A stretch of 64,000 nucleotides of DNA from Minisyncoccota bacterium (GTDB lineage Bacteria; Patescibacteriota; Minisyncoccia; Phycocordibacterales; JACRKE01). A program made the translations under genes and the position numbers. Of the stretch, positions 16,315 through 26,036 are shown piece after piece (position 1 is the first letter of the stretch; the number at the start of each line of letters is the position of its first letter). The stretch is taken from assembly GCA_041660505.1 (NCBI GenBank), contig JBAZWG010000001.1, positions 541,776-605,775 of the forward strand. Reading direction: 5' to 3'. The notes under the pieces were generated by a model. That model was not told the DNA's origin and made no database searches. It saw only the letters and a list, made by a program, of their open reading frames with translations.

Positions 16315-17724
16315 TTGACGATTATGACTGATACAAATATGGATGATATTATTTCGTTCGCGAAGCGCAAAGGTTTTGTCTATCCCGGCTCGGAAATTTA
16401 CGGCGGAGCAGCCGGCTTGTATGACTTCGGGCCGTACGGCGTCGAACTTTTAAATAATCTAAAGGCGTCATGGTGGAAGGAGAATGTGCAAAAGAAAGAG
16501 AACTACTTCGGCCTCGACTCGGCGATGTTCAAAGACCCTCGTGTCTGGGAGGCGTCTGGCCACGTCGGCGGGTTTTCCGACCCTTTGACCGAATGCAAGA
16601 AGTGCAACACGCGTCTGCGCGTAGACAAAGAGCTTGCCAAAATCGGTGTGTCTGCCGATGAGAAAATGTCCGAGGCCGAATTGAACGCGCTTTTTGACGA
16701 ACATAAGAAAAAAATCAAGTGTCCCAAGTGTGGCGGACAAGACTTCTCGCCAGTGCGCGCCTTCAATCTGCTCGTGAAGTCGAACTTGGGGGATTTTACC
16801 AATACCGGCGAGCATCCGGTGTATCTTCCAGGCGAAGCCTGCCAGGGTATTTATTTGAATTACAAAAATATTCTAGATACAGTGCGCGCCAAAGTACCCT
16901 TTGGCATCGCGCAAATCGGCAAAGCATTCCGCAACGAGATATCGCCGCGCAACTTCCTCTTCCGCACGCGCGAGTTCGAGCAGGCCGACACGCAGTATTT
17001 CATCCGACCAAACGAGAATAAGGCAGATTATGAAAGAATCAAACAAGAACGCTGGAGTTGGTACTTGAGTTTAGGTATTCCGGCAGAACAGCTGCGCTGG
17101 AAGCAGCACGAACGCCTGGTCTTCTATGCCAAAGATGCTTGGGATATTGAATACAACTTCCCATCATACGGCTTCGACGAAGTCGAGGGTATTCATGACC
17201 GTACCGATTATGACTTGACCCAGCATATGAAGTTCTCCGGCGTTGACCTCTCGTATCTCGATCCAGAAACGAACGAGAAATATATTCCGTGGATACTGGA
17301 GACGTCGATGGGGATGGGCCGGCTCTTTCTCGCTGTCCTTTCAGAAGCTTATACAGAAGATGAACTTGGGGGCGAGAAGCGCACATTGCTTAAACTCAAG
17401 CCGAGTTTGGCGCCTATTAAAGTTGCAGTCTTTCCTTTGCTTCGCAACAAGCCGGAACTGGTCGCCAAAGCGCGCGAAGTCTTTATGATGCTTAAGCAAG
17501 AATTCCGCACCGAGTGGGACGACAACGGCAATATCGGCAAGCGTTATCGCCGGCAAGATGAGATCGGCACGCCGTGGTGCGTCACAGTAGACTTCGATAC
17601 GCTCGGCGAAACCCCCGAGAATAAAGACACCGTAACAGTTAGAGACCGCGACACGGGCAAACAAGAAAGAATGAAAATCAGCGAACTTGCGTCGCATATA
17701 CAAAAGAGTATACTTTCGACATGA
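16315..17724 (+). CDS. glyQS: Glycyl-tRNA synthetase (alpha2 dimeric class II type)
   Basis: 469 aa. N-terminus FAKRKGFVYPGSEIYGGAAGLYDFGPYG, class II motifs, C-terminal anticodon-binding domain. Confidence 0.9.
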   Translation: MTIMTDTNMDDIISFAKRKGFVYPGSEIYGGAAGLYDFGPYGVELLNNLKASWWKENVQKKENYFGLDSAMFKDPRVWEASGHVGGFSDPLTECKKCNTRLRVDKELAKIGVSADEKMSEAELNALFDEHKKKIKCPKCGGQDFSPVRAFNLLVKSNLGDFTNTGEHPVYLPGEACQGIYLNYKNILDTVRAKVPFGIAQIGKAFRNEISPRNFLFRTREFEQADTQYFIRPNENKADYERIKQERWSWYLSLGIPAEQLRWKQHERLVFYAKDAWDIEYNFPSYGFDEVEGIHDRTDYDLTQHMKFSGVDLSYLDPETNEKYIPWILETSMGMGRLFLAVLSEAYTEDELGGEKRTLLKLKPSLAPIKVAVFPLLRNKPELVAKAREVFMMLKQEFRTEWDDNGNIGKRYRRQDEIGTPWCVTVDFDTLGETPENKDTVTVRDRDTGKQERMKISELASHIQKSILST

Positions 17725-17999
17725 AAAAAACTTCAAAAAATAAACAGCCGGTTACGATCGACATATTCGAGAAAAGCATGGCGAGCATTGCTAAGTCGTT
17801 TGTGCGTGTGGACGAACGATTTGAAAAGCACGATCAGATGTTCGAGTCCATTCTCGGAGAAATCAAGAATTTGCATGAAGACAATAAATACATCAGAAAC
17901 ACTTTGAATGATCTTGTGCGACAGGGTGCAAAAGATGATCGCAAAATGGACGATATGCTTGTTCGAATCGAACGACTCGAGGCGAAAGTCTTGGTCTAA
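17721..17999 (+). CDS. Hypothetical small coiled-coil protein
   Basis: 92 aa, charged and helical. Overlaps the glyQS stop by 4 bp (ATGA). Confidence 0.4.
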   Translation: MKKTSKNKQPVTIDIFEKSMASIAKSFVRVDERFEKHDQMFESILGEIKNLHEDNKYIRNTLNDLVRQGAKDDRKMDDMLVRIERLEAKVLV

Positions 18000-18004
18000 A
18001 CGGA

Positions 18005-19717
18005 ATGGAAACTAAGTCCTGCCAGAATTGCAAAGAAAATTTCGTCATCGAACCGGAAGATTTCGTTTTTTACGAAAAAATCAAAGTCCCCCCGCCGACT
18101 TTCTGTCCGGAGTGCCGTATGATCAGGCGATTCCTCTGGAGGAACGAGAGAACACTATATAAGCGTAAGTGTGATTTGTGTAGTAAAGACATAATTGCTA
18201 TGTATTCGGCAGATTCCGATTTTACAGTGTATTGTTCCGACTGCTGGTACTCCGACCAATGGGACCCAATGGAATACGGCAGCGATTATGATTTTTCCGT
18301 GCCATTTTTTTCTCAATTCGGGCTGTTGGTAAAGAAAGTTCCTCGGATAGCACTTGAGGGATATCAAAATTTAAATTCTCCATTCACTAATTACACATGG
18401 TTTTCGAAAGATGTTTATTTGTCTGCTTCCACGTTGTATTCGGAGAATGTTTTTAACTCCCAGGCAACATCTAACGGAGCAGATATATTCGATTGTGATA
18501 ATACTTCGAGATCTAATACTTGTCTTGATGTTGTGACGGCCGATAAATGTTCTCGCTGTTATTCTTGCATACAAGTTCAAGAAAGTCTGGATTCTCGTTT
18601 CCTTTACGATTGCAAAAATTGTACGAGTTGTATGTTAAGTCACAACCTGAGACACAAATCATACGTCCTAAGAAATAAACAGCTTACGAAAGAAGAGTAT
18701 GAAAAAGAAAAGCCTGATATAGGGAGTTTTAAAATTCAGTGCGAATGCGAGGCAGAATTTGCCCACCTGCGAAGCGGAGCGGTAACCAGATTCGCCTCTG
18801 TGACAAAGTCAGAAAATACCACCGGCGACTACATTACTAATTCCAAGAATATTTATCGTTCATTCGGTGTTGATAACGCCGAGAATATACGCTATGGATC
18901 CCGTGCCACATATATTAAAGATAGTATGGATGTCCACGGCGTCGGAAGCAGCGATGGGGCAGTTGAGTTATTGTATGAATTCATTAACGGCGGATACAAA
19001 GATTCACGAATGTTTTTTTCAGCAAATTCGTATGAAGGAATGCTGAACGCGTACTACTGTGATTATTGCAGAGGGTCAGAAAACGTATTCGGTTGTGTCG
19101 GTTTAAAAAAGAAGCAATATTGCATTCTTAATAAACAGTATTTAAAAGAGGAATATTTAGAGTTGGTGTCGAAAATAATCGAACACATGAACAAGATGCC
19201 ATACGTAGATGCTAGCGGCATCGAATATAAATACGGAGAATTTTTTCCATCGGAAATTGCACCATTTACCTATAACGAAAGTTTAGCACAAGAATATTTT
19301 CCGATAAGGCAAGATGTTGCCGAGACGGCTGGATATCGCTGGCGCAAACAAGAAGAAAAAAGTTATAGGATTACCATTTTGTCCAGTGCTCTGCCAGACC
19401 ACATCAACGACACCCCTGATTCTATCTTAAAAGAGGTTATAGGATGTGAACATCGTGCAGAATGTTCTGAACAGTGTACTGGTGCGTATAAAATAACACC
19501 GGCAGAATTGAATTTTCATCGCGCCAACGGAGTTGCCCTGTCTCGTTTATGTATGAACTGTCGGCATTCCGCTCAATTTAAAAAGAGAACACCAATGCAG
19601 TTATGGCATAGACATTGTATGAAAAAGGGTTGCCCAAACGAATTCGAAACCTCCTACGCCCCAGATCGCCCCGAGATCATCTATTGCGAGTCTTGCTATC
19701 AGCAGGAAGTCGTGTAG
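18005..19717 (+). CDS. Cysteine-rich multi-zinc-ribbon protein, paralogue A
   Basis: 570 aa, about 40 Cys mostly as CxxC pairs. N-terminus CQNCKENFVIEPEDFVFYEKIKVPPPTFCPECR. C-terminal tail YAPDRPEIIYCESCYQQEVV is shared with the 20365..22062 product. Confidence 0.7.
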   Translation: METKSCQNCKENFVIEPEDFVFYEKIKVPPPTFCPECRMIRRFLWRNERTLYKRKCDLCSKDIIAMYSADSDFTVYCSDCWYSDQWDPMEYGSDYDFSVPFFSQFGLLVKKVPRIALEGYQNLNSPFTNYTWFSKDVYLSASTLYSENVFNSQATSNGADIFDCDNTSRSNTCLDVVTADKCSRCYSCIQVQESLDSRFLYDCKNCTSCMLSHNLRHKSYVLRNKQLTKEEYEKEKPDIGSFKIQCECEAEFAHLRSGAVTRFASVTKSENTTGDYITNSKNIYRSFGVDNAENIRYGSRATYIKDSMDVHGVGSSDGAVELLYEFINGGYKDSRMFFSANSYEGMLNAYYCDYCRGSENVFGCVGLKKKQYCILNKQYLKEEYLELVSKIIEHMNKMPYVDASGIEYKYGEFFPSEIAPFTYNESLAQEYFPIRQDVAETAGYRWRKQEEKSYRITILSSALPDHINDTPDSILKEVIGCEHRAECSEQCTGAYKITPAELNFHRANGVALSRLCMNCRHSAQFKKRTPMQLWHRHCMKKGCPNEFETSYAPDRPEIIYCESCYQQEVV

Positions 19718-19758
19718 TCTACGTTGTTGGTTGACGCCTTTCGTGATATGCTACGCAC

Positions 19759-20052
19759 ATGAGCGATATCGCATTATTACAGCAGAATAAAGATATTTTC
19801 GAGAAATACGGCACGGCCTATGCCGGGCTTTTTGGGTCGCGTGCGCGAGGGAATGCTCATGAAGACAGTGATTACGATATTGTCGTCAAACTAAAAAAAC
19901 CGATCGGGCTTTTTACATTTACCGGCTTTCAGCTCGAATTGGAAGATCGTCTACAAAAGAAAGTTGATCTCATGACTGAGGCTTCGATAACTCCTAGGAT
20001 TAAGTTACAAGCATTAAATGACCTCAAGATTTTCTATGGACAGCGAGAATAA
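19759..20052 (+). CDS. mntA: MntA-type nucleotidyltransferase antitoxin
   Basis: 97 aa. Minimal nucleotidyltransferase signature GLFGSRARGNAHEDSDYDIVV. Confidence 0.8.
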   Translation: MSDIALLQQNKDIFEKYGTAYAGLFGSRARGNAHEDSDYDIVVKLKKPIGLFTFTGFQLELEDRLQKKVDLMTEASITPRIKLQALNDLKIFYGQRE

Positions 20053-20368
20053 GTTGTATCTCGGGCACATTCTTGATGCGATTACCAAGCTCGAGAAATA
20101 TGCGGGATTGACTTCGCGGACTGATTTGGAGACAAACGATCTTGTGTATGACGCCATAGTTCGCGAAATAGAAATTTTAGGTGAGGCAACGAAACACCTG
20201 ACGGACGACTTCCGTTGTCTGGAACAGGGAATTCCCTGGAATCTGATTATTGCAACCAGAAACAAGCTTATACACGAGTATTCCGAAGTTGATCTTGATT
20301 CTATCTGGAAAACTATCCAAGAAGATTTACCTAAGCTCAAAGCGGTGGTCAATAAGTATTTGAATTGA
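20018..20368 (+). CDS. hepT: HepT-type HEPN toxin (DUF86)
   Basis: 116 aa. HEPN Rx4-6H motif RNKLIHEY. Overlaps mntA as usual for this toxin-antitoxin pair. The alternative in-frame ATG at 20036 may be the true start. Confidence 0.8.
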   Translation: MTSRFSMDSENKLYLGHILDAITKLEKYAGLTSRTDLETNDLVYDAIVREIEILGEATKHLTDDFRCLEQGIPWNLIIATRNKLIHEYSEVDLDSIWKTIQEDLPKLKAVVNKYLN

Positions 20369-22062
20369 TGGAAACCAGAACTTGCCAAAACTGTAAGCAA
20401 AATTTCGTCATCGAACCGGAAGATTTTGAGTTTTACGAAAAAATAAAAGTCCCTCCGCCGACCTTCTGTCCGGAATGCAGAAATATCCAGCGTCTTGCGA
20501 CACGCAATATGAAGTCTTTGTATCGGCGCGCCTGCGACAAATGCGGAGAGAATGTTGTTTCTCGATTTTCTTCGTCCAACCGCGCAAGAATGTTTTGTCA
20601 TAAATGCTGGTGGGCAGAAGACTGGGACGGCATTTCATTCGGTAAGGATTACGACTTTTCGCGCCCATTTTTCGAACAGTTCAATGAATTACTTTTTAAC
20701 GTTCCTCATGTTTCTATTCTTAATTCAAACATGGTTGAGAGCGATTATTCCAACATGGAAACAGATTGCAAAAAATGCTATCTGACTTTCGGCGGCCACT
20801 ATAACGAAAATTGCGCCTTTACTGTCTACAGTTTGTATGGGAAGGAAGTTTACGATTCGTACTGGTCCCTTCACTGTGAACAATGTTTAGGCAACACGAG
20901 TGTTAATCATTGTTACCGTACGTTTTTTTCGGAACAATGCGGAAATTGTATCGACACCTTTGTCTCACGCGACTGCCGCGGGTGCACAAATATCATAGGC
21001 TGTGCAGGTTTGCGCAATAAGCAATATTGCATTTACAACAGACAATTCAGCAAAGACGACTATCTGAAAGAAAAGTCCAGGCTCAATTTCGGATCCCATG
21101 CAGAGCTCGAGAGTATCATCAGTAAGTCGCATGAAGTTTGGCTGAAGACGCCTCATCAATATGCAGCAATGATTAAGACAGTAAACTGCTCCGGCAACGA
21201 TATTTTTAACTCTAAAAATGTCATTAACGGATGGAACGTAGAAGAGAGCGAGAATTGCAAGAACGCATATATAGCAGCCTCGATAAAAGATTGCTATGAC
21301 GAAACCTCCGTAGGCAATGACGAGCTTGGCTACATGAATGCGAACGGCGGGGGATTATATAACTGTAAAGCAACGCTATACTCCTTTTCCAGCGACCCGA
21401 TGAATCGAAAAAGCGGATTTAATTGCGAATACTCCTATTCGCTTGTTAATTGCAATGACTGCTTCGGTTGTGCCGGTTTGCGCGGCAAGCGATACTGTAT
21501 TCTTAATAAACAGTACACAGAGGCCGAATACAAAAATTTATTGCCGAAAGTAATCGAACATATGAGGAAGGCACCTTTTGTATCTTCTGCCAACCGATAC
21601 ATTTATTCGTATGGCGATTTTTTCCCGGCAGAGCACTCGCTTTTTGCATATAACGAATCAGCCGCCCAAGATTTTTACCCGACACAAGGCGATAAGGCGC
21701 TAATGGCCGGATTTAATTGGCGAGAAGAACCGCCGACAGAATACAAGTTTACCGACTATATAATTCCGGATGATATTAGGGATGTTAAAGACGATATTTT
21801 AAATGCCGTGTTAAAGTGCGAGAAAAGTGGCAAGGCATATCGAATCATAAAGCAAGAACTCGAATTTTACAGAAGCATTGGACTGCCAATACCACGAATC
21901 GCCCCGCTCGAAAGAATAAATCAAAGAATTAATAATTTACTGCCGTTCAAACTTTGGGAGAGAACCTGCGGTAAATGCTCCAAACCCATTCAGACACCGT
22001 ACGCTCCCGACCGGCCGGAGATCGTCTATTGCGAGTCTTGCTACCAGCAGGAAGTAGTGTAA
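20365..22062 (+). CDS. Cysteine-rich multi-zinc-ribbon protein, paralogue B
   Basis: 565 aa, homologous over its full length to the 18005..19717 product. The first ~110 nt and last ~40 nt are ~85-90% identical at the DNA level. The interior is conserved only at the level of Cys spacing. Confidence 0.7.
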   Translation: MMETRTCQNCKQNFVIEPEDFEFYEKIKVPPPTFCPECRNIQRLATRNMKSLYRRACDKCGENVVSRFSSSNRARMFCHKCWWAEDWDGISFGKDYDFSRPFFEQFNELLFNVPHVSILNSNMVESDYSNMETDCKKCYLTFGGHYNENCAFTVYSLYGKEVYDSYWSLHCEQCLGNTSVNHCYRTFFSEQCGNCIDTFVSRDCRGCTNIIGCAGLRNKQYCIYNRQFSKDDYLKEKSRLNFGSHAELESIISKSHEVWLKTPHQYAAMIKTVNCSGNDIFNSKNVINGWNVEESENCKNAYIAASIKDCYDETSVGNDELGYMNANGGGLYNCKATLYSFSSDPMNRKSGFNCEYSYSLVNCNDCFGCAGLRGKRYCILNKQYTEAEYKNLLPKVIEHMRKAPFVSSANRYIYSYGDFFPAEHSLFAYNESAAQDFYPTQGDKALMAGFNWREEPPTEYKFTDYIIPDDIRDVKDDILNAVLKCEKSGKAYRIIKQELEFYRSIGLPIPRIAPLERINQRINNLLPFKLWERTCGKCSKPIQTPYAPDRPEIVYCESCYQQEVV

Positions 22063-22073
22063 TATAGGGGGTA

Positions 22074-23129
22074 ATGCATGATACCAAATTCAGCATCACC
22101 AATGACAGCATTGTCAGAGTAATTTTCTGGGTAGTTTTGGCTGTTCTGATATTCCTTCTGCGCGACCTTATTATCGCCATTGTCGCTTCTGTTGTTATCG
22201 CTTCGGCTATCGAGCCGGCCATCCGCTGGCTGGGTAATTATCGCATGCCGCGGATACCTTCTGTCATTAGTATTTATCTCGGTACGGCAATATTATTGCT
22301 TTCTATTTTCTATTTCTTCGTTCCGCCACTATTCAACGACATGATGGTCGTAAGCCGTCAACTGCCACAGATGATCGCCAAGGCGGAGATATTCGCACCT
22401 ATTACAGACAACTTCCCGCAGATTGTGGACGGGTTAAGACAGCAGTTCTCGCTGGTTGACGCATTCGTTCCTGGCGGAGCGGTCTCGACTGTCGGTGGCA
22501 ACGTAGTGCACACGGCCGGTGTGCTCGTCGGCAGTCTCTTTATGCTTATCTTGATACTCGTACTCTCATTCTACCTGGCAGTGCAGGAGCATGGCATCGA
22601 CAATTTCATCAGACTTGTCGCCTCCGATCAATACGAAGAATATTTGATAGATCTCTGGAAGCGTTCACGTAAGAAAATTGGCTACTGGATGCAGGGGCAA
22701 GTTCTCCTCGGTTTACTTATCGGAGTTTTCGTCTACCTCGGCCTCGCGGTCTTCGGTATTAAGTACGCTCTGCTCCTCGCGGTCTTGGCGGCAATATTCG
22801 AGATCATTCCGGTCTTCGGGCCGATACTCTCGGCCGTGCCGGGTGTGCTCCTGGGCTTCTCGCAAGGGTACGGCATGGGACTTTTTATCCTCGGCTTTTA
22901 TATAATCATCCAACAGTTTGAGAATCATCTTATTTACCCATTAGTTGTACGAAAAATTGTCGGCATTCCGCCCATTCTGGTAATCTTGTCGTTAATCGTC
23001 GGCGGGCAACTCTTCGGCTTTCTCGGCATTCTTATCGCCGTGCCCATTGCGACGATACTCATGGAGGTGCTGGGCGATCACGAACGCCGCAAGCTCGCCG
23101 GTAGGCAAATAGCACAAAATAAACAGTAA
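22074..23129 (+). CDS. AI-2E family transporter (UPF0118/PerM-like)
   Basis: 351 aa, 7-8 TM helices, conserved C-terminal region typical of the AI-2E family. Confidence 0.75.
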   Translation: MHDTKFSITNDSIVRVIFWVVLAVLIFLLRDLIIAIVASVVIASAIEPAIRWLGNYRMPRIPSVISIYLGTAILLLSIFYFFVPPLFNDMMVVSRQLPQMIAKAEIFAPITDNFPQIVDGLRQQFSLVDAFVPGGAVSTVGGNVVHTAGVLVGSLFMLILILVLSFYLAVQEHGIDNFIRLVASDQYEEYLIDLWKRSRKKIGYWMQGQVLLGLLIGVFVYLGLAVFGIKYALLLAVLAAIFEIIPVFGPILSAVPGVLLGFSQGYGMGLFILGFYIIIQQFENHLIYPLVVRKIVGIPPILVILSLIVGGQLFGFLGILIAVPIATILMEVLGDHERRKLAGRQIAQNKQ

Positions 23130-23135
23130 ACTAGC

Positions 23136-24557
23136 ATGCAAAAAATATACATAACAACAACTCTACCGTATGTAAATGCATCGCCGCATATCGGCTTCGC
23201 GATGGAAATTATCCGTGCCGATATTCTTGCTCGTCATTATCGCAAGGCCGGATACGAAGTTTTTTTTAATTTCGGTACAGATGAACACGGAAAGAAAATA
23301 TACGAGAAGGCCGTAGAGGCAGGGAAAGATCCGAAAGCATATTGTGATGAATTCGCCGCGAAATTCGACGCCCTTAAATCGGTCCTGAATGTGACTTATA
23401 ATAATTTCATCCGGACGACCGATGAACACCACATAATGGCCGCCGGGGAATTTTGGAAGATTTGTCATGCCAAAGGCGATATCTACAAGAAAAAGTATCA
23501 AGTCAAATATTGCGTAGGGTGCGAGCTGGAGAAGCAAGATTCGGACTTGGTTAATGGGCAATGTCCGGAGCACCCGAACCGCAAACTGGAACTCTTGGAC
23601 GAAGAAAACTACTTCTTTAGATTTTCCAAATACGAAAAGCAGCTGCTCGATTTATACGAGAAGAATCCAGAACTCGTCTCTCCTCCATGGAGGATGAACG
23701 AGATAAAGGCATTCGTCGAGAGAGGATTGCAAGACTTCTCAATTTCACGATTAAAGGCAAAGATGCCATGGGGGATAGATGTACCGGGCGACAATGACCA
23801 TGTTATGTATGTCTGGTTCGACGCTCTGGTGAACTATATTTCAGCTATCGGCTGGCCTGATGATATGAATAGATTCGGTGCTTGGTGGCCGGCCGTTCAG
23901 GTCTGCGGGAAGGATAACTTGCGCCAGCAGACGGCGATGTGGCAGGCGATGCTTATGTCGGCCGGACTGCCTCACTCGAAGAAGATCTACGTTAACGGCT
24001 TTATAATCTCCGGCGGACAGAAGATGAGCAAGTCGCTTGGAAACGGTATCAACCCTATTGAAATAGTAGCCGAATATGGTACAGACGCCCTCCGCTTCTT
24101 TCTGGCCAGGGAAGTTACACCCTTCGAAGATTCCGATGTTACATCCGAGAGAATCAAAGAATCGTATAACGCATATCTTGCCAACGGTATTGGCAATCTG
24201 GCTTCCCGCATCCTAAAAATGAGTGAGAGCTATCTTGCCGGCGAAAAGATCGAGGTTATTATCTCAGATAATCCCGAGTTTGATAGTTTTATAGAAAACT
24301 ATCAGTTCGATTCTGCTATGAAATTTGTTATGGACGAAGTAACCAAACTTAACGAAAAGATTCAGACGACACAACCTTTCTCTCTCTATAAGACCGATCC
24401 GGAAAAGGCGAAAGTCATTATTCGGGAACTTATGAAAGGACTCGCCGGAGTGGCCAGGCTCCTTGAGTCGGTGATGCCAGCAACTGCCGAGAAAATTTCA
24501 GAGTGCATCAAAGCCAACAAAAAACCGGAGACACCGTTATTCCTAAGAAAAGAGTAA
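23136..24557 (+). CDS. metG: Methionyl-tRNA synthetase (short form, no C-terminal tRNA-binding domain)
   Basis: 473 aa. PYVNASPHIGFA sits at the HIGH position. Zn knuckle CVGCELEK...CPEHPN. KMSKS motif GQKMSKSLGN. Confidence 0.9.
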   Translation: MQKIYITTTLPYVNASPHIGFAMEIIRADILARHYRKAGYEVFFNFGTDEHGKKIYEKAVEAGKDPKAYCDEFAAKFDALKSVLNVTYNNFIRTTDEHHIMAAGEFWKICHAKGDIYKKKYQVKYCVGCELEKQDSDLVNGQCPEHPNRKLELLDEENYFFRFSKYEKQLLDLYEKNPELVSPPWRMNEIKAFVERGLQDFSISRLKAKMPWGIDVPGDNDHVMYVWFDALVNYISAIGWPDDMNRFGAWWPAVQVCGKDNLRQQTAMWQAMLMSAGLPHSKKIYVNGFIISGGQKMSKSLGNGINPIEIVAEYGTDALRFFLAREVTPFEDSDVTSERIKESYNAYLANGIGNLASRILKMSESYLAGEKIEVIISDNPEFDSFIENYQFDSAMKFVMDEVTKLNEKIQTTQPFSLYKTDPEKAKVIIRELMKGLAGVARLLESVMPATAEKISECIKANKKPETPLFLRKE

Positions 24558-25492
24558 TGTCGCTCAAGCTCGTAGATATTCATACCCACCCGCAATTCGC
24601 GGCTTATACGGAAGACCGTGACGCTATTATGCAACGTGCCGAAGAGGCAGCGGTGGGGCAGATCGTTGTGGGGACGCAAAAGGACACTTCACAGGCCGCC
24701 ATAGATCTTGCGCATAAATATCCGCATACTTGGGCAACGGTCGGTCTGCACCCGATACACACCACCAAGTCTTATCATGACGCATATGAACTAGAAAATT
24801 CCAACCTCACCCCTGCACCCCTCTCCGACGGAGAGGGGAAACTCTCGGAAAATTCCCCCTCCCTTTCGGGGAGGGGGTTAGGGGGTGAGGTGGTGAAGCC
24901 CTTCACTTCTCGCGGAGAGGTTTTCGATTATGACTATTACAGAAAATTGGCTACAGACGAGAAGGTGGTCGCTATTGGTGAATGCGGCTTGGATTATTTC
25001 AGACTCGATGAAGACACCAAACAGATACAGATGAATGTCTTCGATGCACAGATTGCGCTGGCGAACGAAGTGGAGAAGCCTATTATGCTTCATATTCGTG
25101 CGGGCAAGCATGCCGGCAGTGGCACGGCCTATCAAGACGCTTTCCATATGCTGCACTCAAAATCAAAAGTTTCGGCCAACGTGCATTTCTTTGCCGGCGA
25201 TATCGAAACTGCTAAAAGATTTTTGTCTATAGGCTGCACGCTATCATTCACCGGCGTCATTACTTTTACCCACGACTATGACGAAGTGGTAAAGTATGTG
25301 CCGATAGAGTCTATGATGGTCGAAACCGACGCGCCTTACATTACGCCAGCGCCATATCGGGGCAAACGCAACGAATCTTCTTATGCCAGGCTTATCGCTG
25401 CCAGGGTTGCCCTCATAAAAGGTATAAGCATAGAACAGGCAGAAGCCAAGCTCCTAGATAACGCCATACGACAGTTCAGGTTGAAATTTTAG
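24558..25492 (+). CDS. tatD: TatD-family metal-dependent hydrolase with an in-frame palindromic-element insertion
   Basis: Start chosen as ATG 24558 (MSLKLVDIHTHPQF), directly after the metG stop. TatD motifs present. The ~28-aa insert LTPAPLSDGEGKLSENSPSLSGRGLGGEVVKP is encoded by GC-rich repeat copy G1. Confidence 0.8.
24806..24890. repeat. GC-rich palindromic element, family G copy G1 (in-frame inside tatD)
   Basis: tcacccctgcacccctctccgacggagagggg ... ccccctccctttcggggagggggttagggggtgagg. Nested inverted repeats. Shares the cacccctg.cccctc.ccgaaggagaggg core with copies at 37731, 44076 and 63570. Confidence 0.7.
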
Positions 25493-25518
25493 GGATACTC
25501 TGGTATTATAGCCGGATT

Positions 25519-26031
25519 ATGGATAGCGACACTAATAAGAAAGTCAAATACGACCTCCTGTTCGTTTTAAGCCCCGTTTTGGCCGAAGACAAGGCCAACG
25601 AGGAAACAACGCGCATATCGAAGATAATCGAGAGCCATGGCGGTACTATTTTCGGCTCAGACGCGCCCAAGCTCCGACCGCTATCATACCCAGTCGCAAA
25701 GACATGGGAAGGCAAGAAGACGGTTTATGAGCAAGGTCTCTTCGGCTGGACAAAGTTCGAAATCGACTCGATAGAGATTCCGGCAATTCAAAAAGAATTC
25801 CAAGCAATTCAACACCTGTTGAGGTCGGCAATTACTTATGCTTATCTCGATGTTCGTCCTGTGCGTCGCATTCCGACCGAGGATAAGCCAGAAGAAGTTG
25901 TTGTTTCGAGTCTTCCGCCAGAACTCGTTTCGGTACCCACGGCAACACCCGTTGCTCGCGTTGAAGCCGAACCAATCAAAAAGCTTTCCGAGGCCGAAAT
26001 AGATAAGCAAATAGAGAGTTTGCTCTCGTAA
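25519..26031 (+). CDS. rpsF: 30S ribosomal protein S6 with C-terminal extension
   Basis: 170 aa. N-terminal S6 fold pattern (YDLLFVLSP...RPLSYPVAK). First gene of the conserved rpsF-ssb-rpsR arrangement. Confidence 0.8.
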   Translation: MDSDTNKKVKYDLLFVLSPVLAEDKANEETTRISKIIESHGGTIFGSDAPKLRPLSYPVAKTWEGKKTVYEQGLFGWTKFEIDSIEIPAIQKEFQAIQHLLRSAITYAYLDVRPVRRIPTEDKPEEVVVSSLPPELVSVPTATPVARVEAEPIKKLSEAEIDKQIESLLS

Positions 26032-26036
26032 AAAAA

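Noticed and set aside
24503-24557. Upstream start for tatD overlapping metG by 55 bp
   Set aside because: TatD homology begins at MSLKLVDIHTHP (ATG 24558), immediately after the metG stop. The extension MHQSQQKTGDTVIPKKRV has no counterpart in TatD proteins.
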